From assembly GCF_003790525.1 (NCBI RefSeq), contig NZ_CP033635.1: a DNA stretch of 64,000 bases, one strand, 5' to 3'. The translations under genes were made by a program, and so were the position numbers. The DNA comes from Escherichia coli (lineage in GTDB: Bacteria; Pseudomonadota; Gammaproteobacteria; Enterobacterales; Enterobacteriaceae). Within the stretch, counting starts at the first letter, position 1, and every line of letters begins with the position of its first letter. The notes below the pieces were generated by a model. That model was not told the origin of the DNA, searched no databases, and saw only the letters and a program-made list of their open reading frames with translations. Shown here piece after piece: positions 43,319 to 57,502 of this stretch.

Positions 43319-43858
43319 GTGAATAAATCAATGTTGGCGGGTATCGGGATTGGTGTCGCAGCTGCGCTGGGCGTAGCGGCAGTGGCCAGTCTGAACGTGT
43401 TTGAACGTGGCCCGCAATACGCTCAGGTTGTTTCTGCAACCCCAATCAAGGAAACGGTTAAAACACCGCGTCAGGAGTGTCGCAACGTCACAGTGACCCA
43501 TCGTCGACCGGTGCAGGATGAAAATCGCATTACCGGGTCGGTGCTCGGCGCTGTTGCTGGTGGCGTGATAGGGCATCAGTTTGGTGGTGGTCGCGGTAAA
43601 GATGTCGCTACTGTTGTGGGGGCGCTGGGTGGTGGATATGCCGGTAACCAGATCCAGGGCTCTCTCCAGGAAAGCGATACTTACACGACTACGCAACAGC
43701 GTTGTAAAACGGTGTATGACAAGTCAGAAAAAATGCTCGGTTATGATGTGACCTATAAGATTGGCGATCAGCAGGGCAAAATCCGCATGGACCGCGATCC
43801 GGGTACGCAGATCCCGCTAGATAGCAACGGGCAACTGATTTTGAATAACAAAGTATAA
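43319..43858 (+). CDS. ycfJ: Outer-membrane lipoprotein YcfJ (glycine-zipper protein)
   Basis: GTG start gives 179 aa; Gly-rich segment GAVAGGVIGHQFGGGRG. Confidence 0.85.
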   Translation: MNKSMLAGIGIGVAAALGVAAVASLNVFERGPQYAQVVSATPIKETVKTPRQECRNVTVTHRRPVQDENRITGSVLGAVAGGVIGHQFGGGRGKDVATVVGALGGGYAGNQIQGSLQESDTYTTTQQRCKTVYDKSEKMLGYDVTYKIGDQQGKIRMDRDPGTQIPLDSNGQLILNNKV

Positions 43859-43880
43859 CAAGGCTGTACTCTGCAATTTA

Positions 43881-43914
43881 GCCCCTCATTCGCTCAGGCT
43901 GAGGGGCTTTTTTT
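43881..43914 (+). terminator. Intrinsic terminator after ycfJ
   Basis: gcccctca...tgaggggc hairpin followed by TTTTTTT. Confidence 0.8.
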
Positions 43915-43919
43915 GCGCC

Positions 43920-44552
43920 TTATTTCACCAGTTCGGGCCATAAACGCAAAGTCGTTCGGGCAATCTGCATCAGTTTTTCCAGCGATGCACCTTCGCGTGC
44001 GCTGATCGACATCCCCTGAATAATACAATTAAGGAATTCTGCCAGATGCGTCACGTCACAGTGGGTCGGGATTTCCCCGCGCGCTTGTCGTTGACATAAA
44101 AACTGCTGCAAAGTGCGCTCTTGCATCGCATGGCGTGATTTCAGCGTATTGCCGATATCTCCGGAATCCGGGGAGAGGGTGGTGCAGTTGTTGATCATAA
44201 AGCAGCCAGCCGGGGTGTCTTTGCTGGTAAAGCAGTTGGCGATGGCAGCAAAATAGTCAGCCAGCGCAGACTCCACGCTTTTCTCTTCACAAAACAGCTG
44301 TGCTTCATGCTTAGCGGCAAAACGATCGATATAGCGGTCGAGTACGGCGCGGAATAACCCCTCTTTGTTGGTAAATTCCGCGTATAGCGTGGGCGCTTTA
44401 GCTCCGGTCGCTTCAACGAGGTCCGCAAGAGAAGTCGCTTCATAACCGTGTTGCCAGAACAATTTCATGGCCTTATCAAGCGCGGCATCCCTGTCGAACA
44501 CTTTTGGGCGGCCACGGCTTTTTTTTACACATTGTGTTGAGTCAGTTGCCAT
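43920..44552 (-). CDS. comR: TetR-family transcriptional repressor ComR (YcfQ)
   Basis: Start MATDSTQCVKKSRGRPKVFD gives 210 aa; N-terminal TetR helix-turn-helix. Confidence 0.9.
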   Translation of the reverse strand: MATDSTQCVKKSRGRPKVFDRDAALDKAMKLFWQHGYEATSLADLVEATGAKAPTLYAEFTNKEGLFRAVLDRYIDRFAAKHEAQLFCEEKSVESALADYFAAIANCFTSKDTPAGCFMINNCTTLSPDSGDIGNTLKSRHAMQERTLQQFLCQRQARGEIPTHCDVTHLAEFLNCIIQGMSISAREGASLEKLMQIARTTLRLWPELVK

Positions 44553-44707
44553 GATGCCGTTGTACCTGGTGACTGTGAATGAAAGGTTATTATAAAAATA
44601 ATCACCTCCGTTCACCAGTCCAGATCCCATAAAAATAATTGCTTTCTATTTAACTGAAATTTAAAGATTTTCAAATTAATTAATGATTGTTATAAAAAAT
44701 ATCTTGT

Positions 44708-44725
44708 ATGTGATCCAGATCACAT
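44708..44725. promoter_or_regulatory. Palindrome ATGTGATC-ca-GATCACAT (CRP-consensus-like) in the comR/bhsA divergent region
   Basis: TGTGA-N6-TCACA with both half-sites perfect; contains two GATC Dam sites; about 70 bp upstream of bhsA. Confidence 0.5.
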
Positions 44726-44792
44726 CTATCATTTAGTTATCGATCGTTAAGTAATTGCTTGCGACGTCATTCATCTGCATAAGGCCACTATT

Positions 44793-45050
44793 ATGAAAAA
44801 CGTAAAAACCCTCATCGCTGCGGCGATTTTAAGCTCAATGTCATTTGCCAGCTTTGCGGCTGTCGAAGTTCAGTCAACGCCAGAAGGCCAACAAAAAGTC
44901 GGTACTATCAGTGCTAACGCGGGGACAAATCTGGGATCGCTGGAAGAGCAGCTGGCGCAAAAAGCGGATGAGATGGGCGCAAAATCTTTCCGTATTACTT
45001 CTGTAACCGGTCCGAATACCCTCCATGGAACAGCAGTAATTTATAAATAA
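44793..45050 (+). CDS. bhsA: Stress-resistance outer-membrane protein BhsA (YcfR)
   Basis: 85 aa with signal peptide; sequence match. Confidence 0.93.
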   Translation: MKNVKTLIAAAILSSMSFASFAAVEVQSTPEGQQKVGTISANAGTNLGSLEEQLAQKADEMGAKSFRITSVTGPNTLHGTAVIYK

Positions 45051-45090
45051 GCATTAACCCTCATTAATGCCTGCTACTGCTGATTTTTTC

Positions 45091-45123
45091 CCCGCGACAT
45101 GCCGTGTCGCGGGGATTTTTTTA
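45091..45123 (+). terminator. Intrinsic terminator after bhsA
   Basis: ccccgcgac...gtcgcgggg hairpin followed by a T7 run. Confidence 0.85.
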
Positions 45124-45131
45124 TCCAGGAT

Positions 45132-46091
45132 TTACAGAGTTTGTGGGCTCACTTGATGACGGCGGACATCCACCGGCATCCCGGAACGGACATCCATCAC
45201 ATGTTGCATCACTTCAGCGTCAGTTTGTGCTGCATCTTTAAATGATTGCATTGCGCTATTCAGCGTAATTGGCAGCAGCTGCGGATCGTCATCAATCTTC
45301 TCAGACAGCGGCTGATGTACTTCAACCAGACGCGCACCGTTTGGTTCGGCAGAGACTTTTATCGGAGTGTTGATGATATTCACTTTGGTGCCTGGGGTGA
45401 CCTGGCTAAAGAGTGTTTTGATATCGTCATCCCGCAGACGAATACAGCCAGAACTTACCCGCATGCCAATGCCGAAATCGGCGTTCGTACCATGAAGCAA
45501 ATAAACGCCGCCATAGGCCGCCAGACGAATCGCATGATGGCCCATTGGGTTATCCGGTCCAGCCGGCACTACCGCAGGCAACTCAATTCCCTGTGCTTTA
45601 TAACGGGCGCGGATGTTTGCCGTTGGCGTCCAGGTTGGGTTTGCACGTTTGTCTGAAACGGTGGTCACCATTGTTGGTGTCAGCGTGTCACCACCCAACT
45701 GACCAATGCCGATGGGATACACGGTTACCGAATTTTTACCCGGCGGGTAGTAATAGAGACGCAGCTCCGCAATGTTGATCACAATGCCTTCACGCGGCGC
45801 GTCTGGAAGTAGGGTTTGCAACGGGATCGTTAACACGCTACCCGCGCGCGGTACGTAAGGATCAACGCCGGGGTTAGCCTGTAACAGCGCGAGAAAGCCG
45901 ACGTTATATTTTTTGGCGATGGCTTCCAGAGAACCACCGTCATTTTCCACAACATGAAATTTGTTTTCACCAACCAGACGACTGCCCGCAGGCGGCAGCG
46001 GCCAGGTGTTGGCTTTTGCCGGTAGCGCCAGCGCCACGGCAGCGGCGAACGTAAAAAACGTTAGCCAGCGAGAAAAATGCGTTTTGATCAT
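45132..46091 (-). CDS. ldtC: L,D-transpeptidase LdtC (YcfS)
   Basis: About 319 aa with signal peptide, LysM-like region and YkuD catalytic motif (HGT...SSGCIRL); the start could instead be 46097. Confidence 0.9.
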   Translation of the reverse strand: MIKTHFSRWLTFFTFAAAVALALPAKANTWPLPPAGSRLVGENKFHVVENDGGSLEAIAKKYNVGFLALLQANPGVDPYVPRAGSVLTIPLQTLLPDAPREGIVINIAELRLYYYPPGKNSVTVYPIGIGQLGGDTLTPTMVTTVSDKRANPTWTPTANIRARYKAQGIELPAVVPAGPDNPMGHHAIRLAAYGGVYLLHGTNADFGIGMRVSSGCIRLRDDDIKTLFSQVTPGTKVNIINTPIKVSAEPNGARLVEVHQPLSEKIDDDPQLLPITLNSAMQSFKDAAQTDAEVMQHVMDVRSGMPVDVRRHQVSPQTL

Positions 46092-46238
46092 CACCAAAAA
46101 TCCATAATAAATATAAGGTTATTGTAATAAACAGATAAGCCTGAATTATGGATGGTGACAGTGTCGGATAGTGCAGGGAAGTGCAAAGAATTTGTAAATG
46201 TTGCAGATGGGGGCGCAGAAACGCCCCTAATCTAACCA

Positions 46239-49200
46239 TCAAGCGATCGCGTTCTCTTCCAGTTCACGCATAAACTGGCGTACCCATTCGATACGCGTTT
46301 TCCGCTCACTCAAATCCTGAATAAACTTCAGGCGCGTCGGGCCATCGAGGCGATAATGCTGCGGCTGTTTTTGCAGCAAACCAATCAACCAGGCCGGATT
46401 AACGTGATTCTTCTCGGCAAATTCGATCACGCCGCCTTTCTCATTACCTTCCAGCTTCCTGATCCCCAGTTTCTGCGCTTGCTGGCGCAGACGGGCAATA
46501 TCCAGCAGGGTACGCGCCGGATCCGGCAGCAGGCCGAAGCGATCGATAAGCTCGACTTTGATCTCTTCCAGTTCGTTTTCCGTTTTGGCGCTGGCAATAC
46601 GTTTATAGAACGACAAACGCGTATTCACGTCAGGAATGAAATCATCTGGCAATAGCGACGGTATCCGCAGCTCGACTTCTGTTTGCTGGCTGGTGAGATC
46701 TTCCAGCGACGGCTCGCGTCCGGCTTTCAGCGCATCGACGGCGTTTTCCAGCAACTCCATATACAGCGAGAAACCGATGGTTTCCATTGAGCCGCTTTGT
46801 TCTTCGCCAAGCAGTTCACCCGCGCCGCGGATCTCCAGATCGTGCGTTGCCAGCGCAAAACCTGCACCGAGATCTTCCAGCGAGGCAATCGCTTCAAGAC
46901 GTTTTTGTGCATCGGTAGTCATCGCTTTTGGATGCGGTGTCAGCAACCATGCATATGCCTGATGATGCGAACGTCCGACGCGACCGCGTAACTGGTGCAG
47001 CTGCGCCAGACCGAAGTGATCCGCGCGTTCAATGATAATGGTGTTGGCTGTCGGGATGTCGATCCCGGTTTCGATAATGGTGGTACAAACCAGCACGTTG
47101 AAACGTTGATGATGGAAATCATTCATCACCCGTTCCAGTTCGCGCTCACGCATTTGCCCGTGACCGATGGCGATCCGCGCTTCTGGCACCAGTTCTGCCA
47201 GCCGTTCGGCGGCTTTCTGGATGTTTTCCACATCATTGTAAAGATAATAAACCTGCCCCCCGCGCAAAATTTCACGCAGGATCGCCTCCCTGACCACCAG
47301 GCTGTCATACTCACGGACAAAGGTTTTAACTGCCAGACGACGGGCGGGCGGCGTGGCGATAATCGACAGGTCACGCATTCCGCTCATTGCCATATTCAGC
47401 GTACGTGGGATCGGCGTTGCGGTAAGTGTCAGAATATCCACGTTCGCCCGCATCGCTTTAATGCGCTCTTTATGACGCACCCCGAAGCGGTGTTCTTCAT
47501 CGACAATCAGCAGACCTAAATCTTTAAACTTGACGTCATTTTGCAGCAGTTTGTGCGTACCGATCAGAATATCGATTTTCCCTTCCGCCACTTCCGCAAG
47601 GATTTGCGTCTGCTCTTTGGCGCTACGGAAACGGGAGATCATTTCGATGCGTACTGGCCAGTTAGCGAAACGGTCGCGGAAGTTGTCGTAATGCTGCTGC
47701 GCGAGAAGGGTGGTAGGCACCAGCACCGCCACCTGCTTGTGGTTATCTACTGCCAGGAAAGCGGCGCGCATCGCCACTTCTGTTTTACCAAAGCCAACAT
47801 CGCCGCACACCAGACGATCCATTGCCAGCGGCTGACACATGTCGCTAAGTACCGCATTAATGGCCTGTGCCTGATCCGGCGTGGTTTCAAACGGGAAGCT
47901 GTCGCAGAACAACTGATACTGCTCACGATCGTGTTTAAACGCGAAGCCCTCTTTGGCGGCTCGTTGCGCGTAGATATCCAGCAATTCTGCTGCCACATCA
48001 CGCACTTTTTCCGCCGCTTTCTGCCGAGCGCGTGACCACGCATCGCCGCCAAGTTTATGCAGCGGGGCGTTTTCTTCCGCGCCACCCGCGTAACGGCTAA
48101 TCAGATGCAGTGACGACACCGGAACATACAGTTTGGCGTCGTTGGCATAGGTGAGCATCAAATACTCGCCAGTAATGCCGCCCGCTTCGAGCGTGGTCAT
48201 TCCGGCATAGCGGCCGACACCGTGCTCCAGATGGACCACCGGCTGACCAATATGCAGCTCCGCGAGGTTACGGATCAGTGTATCGGGGTTGATGGTGCGG
48301 CGAGAGTCCTGACGACGACGGGCAACACGTTCACCGAGCAGATCGCTTTCGCAAATCAGCGCCAGATTACGCACCGTATCGACAAAACCATGTTCGGCAG
48401 CGCCAATCATCAGATAACGCCCACGGTCTTTGGCTTCATCAAGACGCATAATGCGTTGAGGAGCAATTTTAATTCGCGCGAGCAGTTCACCCAGCGCTTC
48501 ACGGCGACCTTCACTTTCTACCGAGAACACCACCGGACCGTCGAAAGACTCGAGGAACTTACGCAGCGCATCCAGCGGTGCTTTTTGTTGTGCCTGAACG
48601 GCCAGGTCTGGCAGTTTCTGGAAACCTAAATTGGCATTCGCGGCTTTTGTCGGTAAATGTTCAGTTTTTAGCTGCACTCGGGGCCAGTTTTTCAGCTCTG
48701 AGAAGAGCTCGTCCACCCGCAGCCAGAGCGATTGTGGTGGCAACAGTGGGCGCATCGGATCGACGCCGCGATTCTCAAAACGCGCCAGCGTGTCAGCCTG
48801 GAAACGTTCGGCACTGTTTTCCAGATCGCCAGTATTCACCAGCAAGGTATTGGCAGGGAAATAACTGAACAGCGGCGGCAGTGGTTCGCTGAAGAATAGC
48901 GGCTGCCAGTACTCGATCCCGGCAGGTAATGTGCCTTTACTCACTTGCTGGTAAATATGTTCCGGATCGCGCTTCACTTCGAAGGTATCGCGCCACTGGC
49001 TGCGGAACAGTTCAATTGCCGCTTTATCGGTCGGAAATTCGTGCGCGGGCAGCAGATTGATCGCTTCTACTTCCTCCAGCGTGCGCTGGCTGTCGACGTC
49101 AAACACCCGCAGGCTGTCGATTTCATCATCAAAGAAATCAAGACGATAAGGCAGCTCACTCCCCATCGGGAAGAGATCCAGCAACGCGCCGCGCGTGGCG

Positions 49201-49685
49201 TATTCGCCGTGCTCCATCACCTGGTCAACATGGCGATAACCGGCGCTGTCCAGTTGGGTTCGTAATGCATCTCGTGACAGGCGCTGACCTTTTTTCATCA
49301 CCAGCGCATGGCCGTGGAGAAAACTGTGCGGGCAAACGCGCTGCATAAGCGTATTCACCGGAACAATCAGTACGCCACGCTGCATCGTCGGTAGCTGGTA
49401 AAGGGTGGAAAGGCGCGAGGAGATAATGTCCTGATGAGGCGAAAAACTGTCGTAGGGAAGAGTTTCCCAGTCCGCCAGATTCATCACCATCTGGTCGGTA
49501 AACTGGCTAATTTCATCATGCAAACGCAGAGCATTTTGCATATCTGGCGCAATAAGCACCACTGGTCCGGCGTGACGTTCGGCAATTTCCGCTACCAGCG
49601 TCGCGCAGGCAGCGCCAGTTAACTCGCCCAGCAGACGCTGCTCACCCGCTTTGACGGGCAGCGTATAACGATATTGTTCAGGCAT
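46239..49685 (-). CDS. mfd: Transcription-repair coupling factor Mfd
   Basis: Start MPEQYRYTLPVKAGEQ gives 1148 aa (ORF opens at 49748); helicase motifs GDVGFGKTEVA and DEEHRFG. Confidence 0.95.
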   Translation of the reverse strand: MPEQYRYTLPVKAGEQRLLGELTGAACATLVAEIAERHAGPVVLIAPDMQNALRLHDEISQFTDQMVMNLADWETLPYDSFSPHQDIISSRLSTLYQLPTMQRGVLIVPVNTLMQRVCPHSFLHGHALVMKKGQRLSRDALRTQLDSAGYRHVDQVMEHGEYATRGALLDLFPMGSELPYRLDFFDDEIDSLRVFDVDSQRTLEEVEAINLLPAHEFPTDKAAIELFRSQWRDTFEVKRDPEHIYQQVSKGTLPAGIEYWQPLFFSEPLPPLFSYFPANTLLVNTGDLENSAERFQADTLARFENRGVDPMRPLLPPQSLWLRVDELFSELKNWPRVQLKTEHLPTKAANANLGFQKLPDLAVQAQQKAPLDALRKFLESFDGPVVFSVESEGRREALGELLARIKIAPQRIMRLDEAKDRGRYLMIGAAEHGFVDTVRNLALICESDLLGERVARRRQDSRRTINPDTLIRNLAELHIGQPVVHLEHGVGRYAGMTTLEAGGITGEYLMLTYANDAKLYVPVSSLHLISRYAGGAEENAPLHKLGGDAWSRARQKAAEKVRDVAAELLDIYAQRAAKEGFAFKHDREQYQLFCDSFPFETTPDQAQAINAVLSDMCQPLAMDRLVCGDVGFGKTEVAMRAAFLAVDNHKQVAVLVPTTLLAQQHYDNFRDRFANWPVRIEMISRFRSAKEQTQILAEVAEGKIDILIGTHKLLQNDVKFKDLGLLIVDEEHRFGVRHKERIKAMRANVDILTLTATPIPRTLNMAMSGMRDLSIIATPPARRLAVKTFVREYDSLVVREAILREILRGGQVYYLYNDVENIQKAAERLAELVPEARIAIGHGQMRERELERVMNDFHHQRFNVLVCTTIIETGIDIPTANTIIIERADHFGLAQLHQLRGRVGRSHHQAYAWLLTPHPKAMTTDAQKRLEAIASLEDLGAGFALATHDLEIRGAGELLGEEQSGSMETIGFSLYMELLENAVDALKAGREPSLEDLTSQQTEVELRIPSLLPDDFIPDVNTRLSFYKRIASAKTENELEEIKVELIDRFGLLPDPARTLLDIARLRQQAQKLGIRKLEGNEKGGVIEFAEKNHVNPAWLIGLLQKQPQHYRLDGPTRLKFIQDLSERKTRIEWVRQFMRELEENAIA

Positions 49686-49812
49686 AACGGTTGTCAGATT
49701 CTCGTTAGGATATGCCTCAACATATGGGGGCATATCTCTGATAAGCAATGCTGTTCATTATCCGTAATCGACATGGTTTAGCAAATTGAATCGCCCCGGC
49801 TGGGGCGATGGC

Positions 49813-50886
49813 TTAGCGGGAGTAACTGACGGCCGCGGGCAGAGAAGGCGGGGAGAACAACAGATCGCTGAATGCGCGCTGTGAAAGTTTTCTTACCAGC
49901 AAGCCCGCAACAGTACAGATGAACAAACTAACAAAGGGGTAAACCAGCAGGAGTGTCAGTTCGACTTGCGGCGACCAGCGTGCTGCGTTCATTTGCGCAA
50001 GCAGAGTTAAGCTGAATATTTCAACCAGAATGCGATGGGTGGTGTAGATAGCAATGGTGTTGGAACCAATCACATTCAGCAGGCTGGAGGAACGCATACC
50101 GAAACGCTGCTCGTACTGATAAAACAGCTTCATGATTACCACAATCGATACCAGCGACAACAGCAGCGAGATAGTAAACAACCAGGCACCGACCGCCAGA
50201 ACGGTCAGCAAAGAAGCCATCAGCAGATGGCGGCGCAACGGCACCTCTTTAACACAGGTCATTATTGTTGCGCCAAACCATGCGCCAAGGCTGTAATAAG
50301 GCAAATTGCGGATCACACTGTTCATTCCCCACCACGGCGTGGGAACGAAATTAACCGCCACACTCAGCAGTACAAACAAGGCGAATAGTGGCAGCGCCAG
50401 GCGGTTAAAAATTTTACATATCACGAAATAGACAATTAAAGCATACAGATACCACAAGCTGGTGCTGGCGGTGATCATCCCGTGCAGGAACTCACCGGTA
50501 GAATCGGCATAAGCGGCATTGGAGGCATTACTTAAATTGCGCTCAGGTGCCAGCCACTGATTTAGTGCACTTATCGCCAGCCACTGCACTACGCCCCAAA
50601 GTGCCAGCACCCAGAAGATGCTCCAGATGCGTTTATCAAGACAATTTCCCCATGGCACGCTGTCGATATAGCGGCGAATTAAATAGCCAGAGATAAAGAA
50701 AAAAACCGGCATACGAAAGGGGGCAAGGTAAAGATTGAAATAGATCCAGCATTTGCTCAGGACTTCCGATAACGGATGCTGAAAAGTGCTCAGATGCGGA
50801 TAAAAGGTAATCACCGAGTGATAAATCACTACCAGACAAATACATAACCCTTTGATCTGGTTAATCCATAGCTCTTTTTGTTTCAT
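49813..50886 (-). CDS. ycfT: Inner-membrane acyltransferase-3 family protein YcfT
   Basis: 357 aa polytopic membrane protein. Confidence 0.88.
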   Translation of the reverse strand: MKQKELWINQIKGLCICLVVIYHSVITFYPHLSTFQHPLSEVLSKCWIYFNLYLAPFRMPVFFFISGYLIRRYIDSVPWGNCLDKRIWSIFWVLALWGVVQWLAISALNQWLAPERNLSNASNAAYADSTGEFLHGMITASTSLWYLYALIVYFVICKIFNRLALPLFALFVLLSVAVNFVPTPWWGMNSVIRNLPYYSLGAWFGATIMTCVKEVPLRRHLLMASLLTVLAVGAWLFTISLLLSLVSIVVIMKLFYQYEQRFGMRSSSLLNVIGSNTIAIYTTHRILVEIFSLTLLAQMNAARWSPQVELTLLLVYPFVSLFICTVAGLLVRKLSQRAFSDLLFSPPSLPAAVSYSR

Positions 50887-51035
50887 CAGGACAACACGCT
50901 CTTTTTATTTAACATGCTGTTGATCCTGAGGGGCCAGTCGCGTGGTGTAATGCGTATCTGTCTGTATTTGGTTATTTTTCAGATAAAGATCAGGCCACAA
51001 GGCCAATGAGAAAATGAGGCCCTTTAGTCGATTGA

Positions 51036-54284
<3,249 letters not shown>

Positions 54285-54312
54285 AGGCAGTACATTAAAA
54301 CAAGGAGCGGCA

Positions 54313-55224
54313 ATGTATTACGGGTTTGATATTGGTGGAACAAAAATTGCGCTAGGCGTGTTTGATAGCGGTCGGCAGTTGCAGTGGGAAAAGCGGGTGC
54401 CGACACCGCGTGACAGCTATGACGCATTTTTAGATGCAGTGTGTGAGCTGGTAGCTGAAGCTGACCAACGTTTTGGCTGTAAAGGCTCTGTCGGCATCGG
54501 TATTCCGGGAATGCCGGAAACAGAAGATGGTACGCTGTATGCCGCCAATGTCCCCGCTGCCAGCGGTAAACCGCTGCGTGCCGACCTGAGCGCACGTCTT
54601 GATCGCGATGTACGCCTTGATAACGATGCCAACTGTTTTGCCCTTTCAGAAGCCTGGGATGATGAATTTACTCAATATCCACTGGTGATGGGGTTGATTC
54701 TCGGCACCGGCGTTGGCGGCGGGCTGATTTTCAACGGTAAACCAATTACCGGTAAAAGCTATATTACCGGCGAATTTGGCCATATGCGTCTGCCGGTTGA
54801 TGCGTTAACCATGATGGGGCTGGATTTCCCGTTACGCCGCTGCGGCTGTGGTCAGCATGGCTGCATTGAAAATTATCTGTCTGGTCGCGGTTTTGCGTGG
54901 CTGTATCAACACTATTATCATCAACCGTTGCAGGCTCCTGAGATCATTGCGCTTTATGATCAAGGCGATGAGCAGGCAAGGGCGCACGTTGAGCGTTATC
55001 TGGATTTATTAGCGGTTTGTCTGGGAAATATCCTGACCATTGTTGACCCTGACCTGGTCGTCATTGGTGGAGGCTTATCGAATTTCCCGGCAATCACAAC
55101 GCAACTGGCGGACAGGCTGCCTCGTCATCTCTTACCTGTAGCTCGTGTTCCGCGCATTGAACGCGCGCGCCACGGTGATGCGGGGGGAATGCGTGGTGCG
55201 GCCTTCCTACATCTAACCGATTAA
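54313..55224 (+). CDS. nagK: N-acetyl-D-glucosamine kinase
   Basis: Start [17 protein letters not shown] gives 303 aa (ORF opens at 54253); ROK family. Confidence 0.92.
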
Positions 55225-55239
55225 TCAACAGAGGTTGCT

Positions 55240-56061
55240 ATGCTGTCGCGTCGGGGTCATCGGTTAAGTCGTTTTCGTAAAAATAAACGCCGCCTGCGCG
55301 AGCGTTTGCGTCAGCGTATTTTTTTCAGAGATAAAGTGGTGCCGGAAGCAATGGAAAAACCAAGAGTACTCGTACTGACAGGGGCAGGGATTTCTGCGGA
55401 ATCAGGTATTCGTACCTTTCGCGCCGCAGATGGCCTGTGGGAAGAACATCGGGTTGAAGATGTGGCAACGCCGGAAGGTTTTGATCGCGATCCTGAACTG
55501 GTGCAAGCGTTTTATAACGCCCGTCGCCGACAGCTGCAGCAGCCAGAAATTCAGCCTAACGCCGCGCATCTTGCGCTGGCTAAACTGCAAGACGCCCTCG
55601 GCGATCGCTTTTTGCTGGTGACGCAGAATATCGACAACCTTCATGAGCGTGCCGGTAACACCAATGTTATTCATATGCATGGGGAACTGCTGAAAGTTCG
55701 TTGTTCACAAAGTGGTCAGGTTCTCGACTGGACCGGAGACGTTACCCCAGAAGATAAATGCCATTGCTGCCAGTTCCCGGCACCCTTGCGACCGCACGTA
55801 GTGTGGTTTGGCGAAATGCCACTCGGCATGGATGAAATTTATATGGCGTTGTCGATGGCCGATATTTTCATTGCCATTGGTACTTCGGGGCATGTTTATC
55901 CAGCGGCTGGGTTTGTTCACGAAGCGAAACTGCATGGCGCGCACACCGTGGAACTGAATCTTGAACCAAGTCAGGTCGGTAATGAATTTGCCGAGAAATA
56001 TTACGGCCCGGCAAGCCAGGTGGTGCCAGAATTTGTTGAAAAGTTGCTGAAGGGATTATAA
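55240..56061 (+). CDS. cobB: NAD-dependent protein deacylase (sirtuin) CobB, long form
   Basis: 273 aa; Arg-rich 37-aa N-terminal extension, then [20 protein letters not shown] (internal start at 55351 would give a 236 aa short form). Confidence 0.92.
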   Translation: MLSRRGHRLSRFRKNKRRLRERLRQRIFFRDKVVPEAMEKPRVLVLTGAGISAESGIRTFRAADGLWEEHRVEDVATPEGFDRDPELVQAFYNARRRQLQQPEIQPNAAHLALAKLQDALGDRFLLVTQNIDNLHERAGNTNVIHMHGELLKVRCSQSGQVLDWTGDVTPEDKCHCCQFPAPLRPHVVWFGEMPLGMDEIYMALSMADIFIAIGTSGHVYPAAGFVHEAKLHGAHTVELNLEPSQVGNEFAEKYYGPASQVVPEFVEKLLKGL

Positions 56062-56074
56062 AGCGGGAAAAATT

Positions 56075-56170
56075 GCCTGATGCGCTACGCTTGTCAGGCC
56101 TGTGAAGGGGCGCAATTAATTGAATTTGCAGGTTTTGTGGGCCGGATAAGGCGTTCGCGCCGCATCCGGC
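56075..56170. repeat. REP elements downstream of cobB
   Basis: gcctgatgcgctacgcttgtcaggcctg and gccggataaggcgttcgcgccgcatccggc palindromes. Confidence 0.75.
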
Positions 56171-56198
56171 ATAATACATGCGAACTTTACTGCCTCTT

Positions 56199-56987
56199 TT
56201 ACCGTTTACTCGTCCATAGTAACGCGGCAATAAACGTACAGACACCAATCAGCCCTGCCCAGAGTGGCGATATTCTGGTAATCGCAAAGCTGTTATCGAT
56301 ATACAAACATAAAGCCTGATAACCCATATTGGCAACAGCCATCGCCACTGCAAATTTTAACGCATAATAAAGGCGCGTTGTGTAGTTAAAAAATGCAGCA
56401 AAGACGATGAATGCAACTGCCCAGGCAAAAAGGCCTAATGTCGTGGTACTGCCGGGTGGATCATTTTCATGCTGTTGTCCGGGATGCGGATAATATGTCA
56501 GTGGCGGCGTCGGTTGTTTTAATATCTGTGCTTGTAAAACAGCCAATGCATTATTGATTCCCTGATACCAGAGATCTGCATGTAAATAAGCCAGAGTGTG
56601 ATTTTCTACCAGAAGGCCGAGATGTTTATCGTCCATACTGCTTTCGACCTGGCCGTTGGTTATCATAATTAACCGTGGCTCGCGGGTAGTAAAGAGTAAC
56701 AGAATACTTCCTTTTACATTACTCATTGAAGATGCCGCATGCGCCAGCATCGCTTTGCCATTTTGCCTGAGACTGGCTTCATTATTAATGTCGGGTAAAA
56801 CCACAATAAACGGTACAACTCCGGTTTGTTGGCGAAAAAGTTCGGCTTTATGCGCGATCTCTTCAGCATCTGGTACAGTACCGGTAACATCCGTAAAAAG
56901 TGTCTTCATTATTGGAATTAAGGGCTTACTGATTGCCGTCAGAGGCAGGAACATCAGTAAACTGAGCAGTATCATGATTTTTTTCAT
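56199..56987 (-). CDS. ycfZ: Inner-membrane protein YcfZ
   Basis: 262 aa with signal/transmembrane regions. Confidence 0.88.
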   Translation of the reverse strand: MKKIMILLSLLMFLPLTAISKPLIPIMKTLFTDVTGTVPDAEEIAHKAELFRQQTGVVPFIVVLPDINNEASLRQNGKAMLAHAASSMSNVKGSILLLFTTREPRLIMITNGQVESSMDDKHLGLLVENHTLAYLHADLWYQGINNALAVLQAQILKQPTPPLTYYPHPGQQHENDPPGSTTTLGLFAWAVAFIVFAAFFNYTTRLYYALKFAVAMAVANMGYQALCLYIDNSFAITRISPLWAGLIGVCTFIAALLWTSKR

Positions 56988-57445
56988 GGGCGGGACTTCC
57001 GTTTCCTGCGTGTCTTTTTAGAGGAGGGCATACTGATTAATAAACCGACGGCGATAAAAATAACGCCCATAATGCCGATAAACCCCCATTTAAAAAAATT
57101 AACCCACGGGTTATTTATCTCAGCCTTTTCAGGATGTCCTGGAGAATAATAAACATTAACTTTATCGCCTTCGCTGTCTTCATAAAAATCGCTGCCAATA
57201 CTCGAATTGAAAATTAGCGTGTAATCTGGCGTCGGACGAAAGGCAACGACGGGATACCACGAACCATTTTTACCCGTGCGATGAGAATGACTGGAGTGCC
57301 AGACGGTATCAACAATGACGCCTTCAGTATGAATCGCGTCTTTGCTATAGGTGAACTGGTTATAAAAGATAACAACAGAAATGAGGATCAGTACCAGACC
57401 GATACCGAAGAATATACGAAAGAAAACTTTACTGTCCTGACTCAT
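56984..57445 (-). CDS. ymfA: Inner-membrane protein YmfA
   Basis: About 153 aa from Met MSQDSKVFF (ORF opens at 57487; start uncertain); ATGA overlap with ycfZ. Confidence 0.8.
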   Translation of the reverse strand: MSQDSKVFFRIFFGIGLVLILISVVIFYNQFTYSKDAIHTEGVIVDTVWHSSHSHRTGKNGSWYPVVAFRPTPDYTLIFNSSIGSDFYEDSEGDKVNVYYSPGHPEKAEINNPWVNFFKWGFIGIMGVIFIAVGLLISMPSSKKTRRKRKSRP

Positions 57446-57502
57446 TAGCCACATCCTTGCTAAATAAAAAACGGGCGGTAATACCACCGCCCGCTTGCTG
57501 AA

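Noticed and set aside
46995-48035. Several 100-170-aa plus-strand ORFs
   Set aside because: All are antisense within mfd; no independent coding evidence.
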